A stretch of DNA of 63,117 nt, counting the filler, from Choristocarpus tenellus KU-1152 (Eukaryota; Protista; Phaeophyceae): NCBI GenBank assembly GCA_964200185.2. It is 11 parts of 11 records of this genome, joined end to end, with 100 filler letters (N's around TTAATTAATTAA, not from the genome) between each part and the next. Parts side by side here need not be neighbours in the genome. Positions count along the whole stretch, not along the records: positions 54,285 to 63,117 come from CAXNAD020004278.1; 10 more parts are not named here. The stretch is one strand, 5' to 3'. This document shows, in pieces, positions 61,700 through 63,117 of the stretch. The notes under the pieces are model-generated. The model saw nothing but the letters and a program-made list of their open reading frames with translations. It was not told the origin of the DNA and ran no database searches. A program made the position numbers and the translations under genes. The first letter of the stretch is position 1. Every line of letters starts with the position of its first letter.

Positions 61700-62680
61700 T
61701 TACGCTACCACTTCTATGTCGGCCAATACTTCATTATAGCTCTGCTTGTCCTCATGACAGATGTGGGGCGGGCAAGCATGTCAGACATTGCATTCAACTA
61801 TATAAGTGAAGGAGACAACAATAAAGAAGAGAACGACATAACAAGGGCAACATAGGGGATACTGAGATGGTCGATATTGAACTTGAGGTATTTACCTGTG
61901 ACATTTGGCCCCCAACACGAAAGGAGGGTCACGAGTTTGAAGCTCTTTTCTTAAGTGCTGTCAAGAGTTTCAATGCCGGGAAGTGAAATGCAACCTCAAC
62001 GAGGGAGAGACCTCTTCTGATGATATGAGAGCAACCGGCAGTTAAACATAACTAAGGGGTGCTTAAGAAGGTGGTCATGACGTCACACACACAGCAGCGT
62101 AATGGGGTGCCCTTGTTATAGAGACGGACATAGGGGAAGTGACCGCAAGAGGGCACGGTTGAGGATCACCTAGCATGAGGAAGATGAGTTGAAATACATT
62201 CCAGGTGGAGGTATACTGTGGTATGCAACCAGTATATGCGGACATGGTGGAGGAGCTTGGTGGTCGCCTCAAGGCTAAAAGTGTCTGAGGGGGGTGGCGG
62301 CTGTCCATTTGGGTTCAATTGTTTCATATCACGATTTTTGGGTGACTAGGTTGCATACGATGGATGGATAATGTAATTACAATTTTCTTGGTCATGAGCC
62401 AAATGGCACCCTGATGTAGACCCCACCCCCCTCCCCCAGATACTATGGGCCTCAAATGATGGAAGACAAAGGGCGAGACTTCTGGGGACTTGAGGAAGTT
62501 GTGGCACAGAAGTATTTGCCTGCAGGGCTCCACTTCAGCTACATCTAAACACTCGTTCACCTCTGCTGGACACACAGTCACCTCCAAGCTCAACTATCTC
62601 TCTGGGATGCTGTTGCTGACCCTATGGTGCTGCGCTCTTCTCGGGACGACTTTGGCGCTCAAGTCTGGAAGGCGTAGGTA
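61700..62680 (+). mobile_element. hAT transposase relic (C-terminal dimerisation domain), interrupted by a MITE
   Basis: Removing the MITE gives RLK*WKTKGETSGDLRKL..KYL/ICLQGSTSATSKHSFTSAGHTVTSKLNYLSG, matching 'WWk...L.klA.kyL...atS..sEr.FS.aG...t..Rn.L'. Confidence 0.78.
62273..62451 (+). mobile_element. MITE family B copy inside the hAT relic
   Basis: tcaa|ggctaaaagtgtctgagggggg ... cccccagatactatgggcc|tcaa; exact TSD. Confidence 0.9.
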
Positions 62681-62773
62681 GCAGAAAATCCTAGTGATGG
62701 TGAGAAGACACGCAGTACCCTGTACAGTTTTTTCGCAACCTTTTCTGTGTGGAAGTCCTCCATCTACATTGAT

Positions 62774-62953
62774 GACCCAGAGTACCTGGAGGGGGGGTGG
62801 CGGCTGTCCATTTGGGGTCAATTTTGTCATGTCGCGATTTTTGGGTGATTTGGTTGCTTAAGTCGGATGTATAATGTAACTGCACATTTCCTTATTTTGA
62901 TCCAAATGGACACCTTAGTGTAGACCCCTCCCCCCCCCCAGATACTTTGGGTC
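62774..62953 (+). mobile_element. MITE family B copy
   Basis: tgat|gacccagagtacctggagggggg ... ccccagatactttgggtc|tgat; exact TSD. Confidence 0.9.
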
Positions 62954-63117
62954 TGATTGGTTTAGGGGGTAGAGTGGGTTACATGGTATGTTGTTTTCTC
63001 TTGTTTATTAGCTTACGTTGTTCACCTTCCTCATGTCATCTCAGACGCTGTGTTACAGGCGCCCCTCAATGCTCACCTTCCAGGATGTACAACTCAAATC
63101 CAACGACCTCAAAACGA

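Overview
Eukaryotic, intron-rich, TE-rich genomic DNA. It is most likely a stramenopile (brown alga or close relative), inferred from the GGQWERALSLLDEM-type PPR motifs, the P2 C-terminus DMGGGMDMFGG and the gene structure. The window is 11 contigs joined by 100-bp N spacers carrying a synthetic TTAATTAATTAA linker, so adjacency across gaps is unproven. Host genes read exon by exon: a mitochondrial-carrier exon, a multi-fasciclin (FAS1) gene, the 3' end of an EngB/YihA GTPase, ribosomal protein P2, a MOK-like kinase, the 3' half of a DPH6-like gene with RidA-like domains, and an intronless ~26-motif PPR gene. TE content: three related MITE families with mostly 4-bp TSDs (Sola-like), relics of mariner, hAT and pogo transposases, CRE-clade non-LTR retrotransposon copies, and tRNA-derived Pol III-like heads. 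The most unusual items are (1) a spliced, decayed ParB/Srx-domain gene directly behind a 268/174-bp diverged repeat array, (2) a 79-bp duplication in RPLP2 that creates a possible new in-frame 58-nt intron, (3) a dispersed element encoding a conserved 19-aa repeat, and (4) three AG|GCAAG GC-AG donors. All calls are from manual reading; no database search was run.
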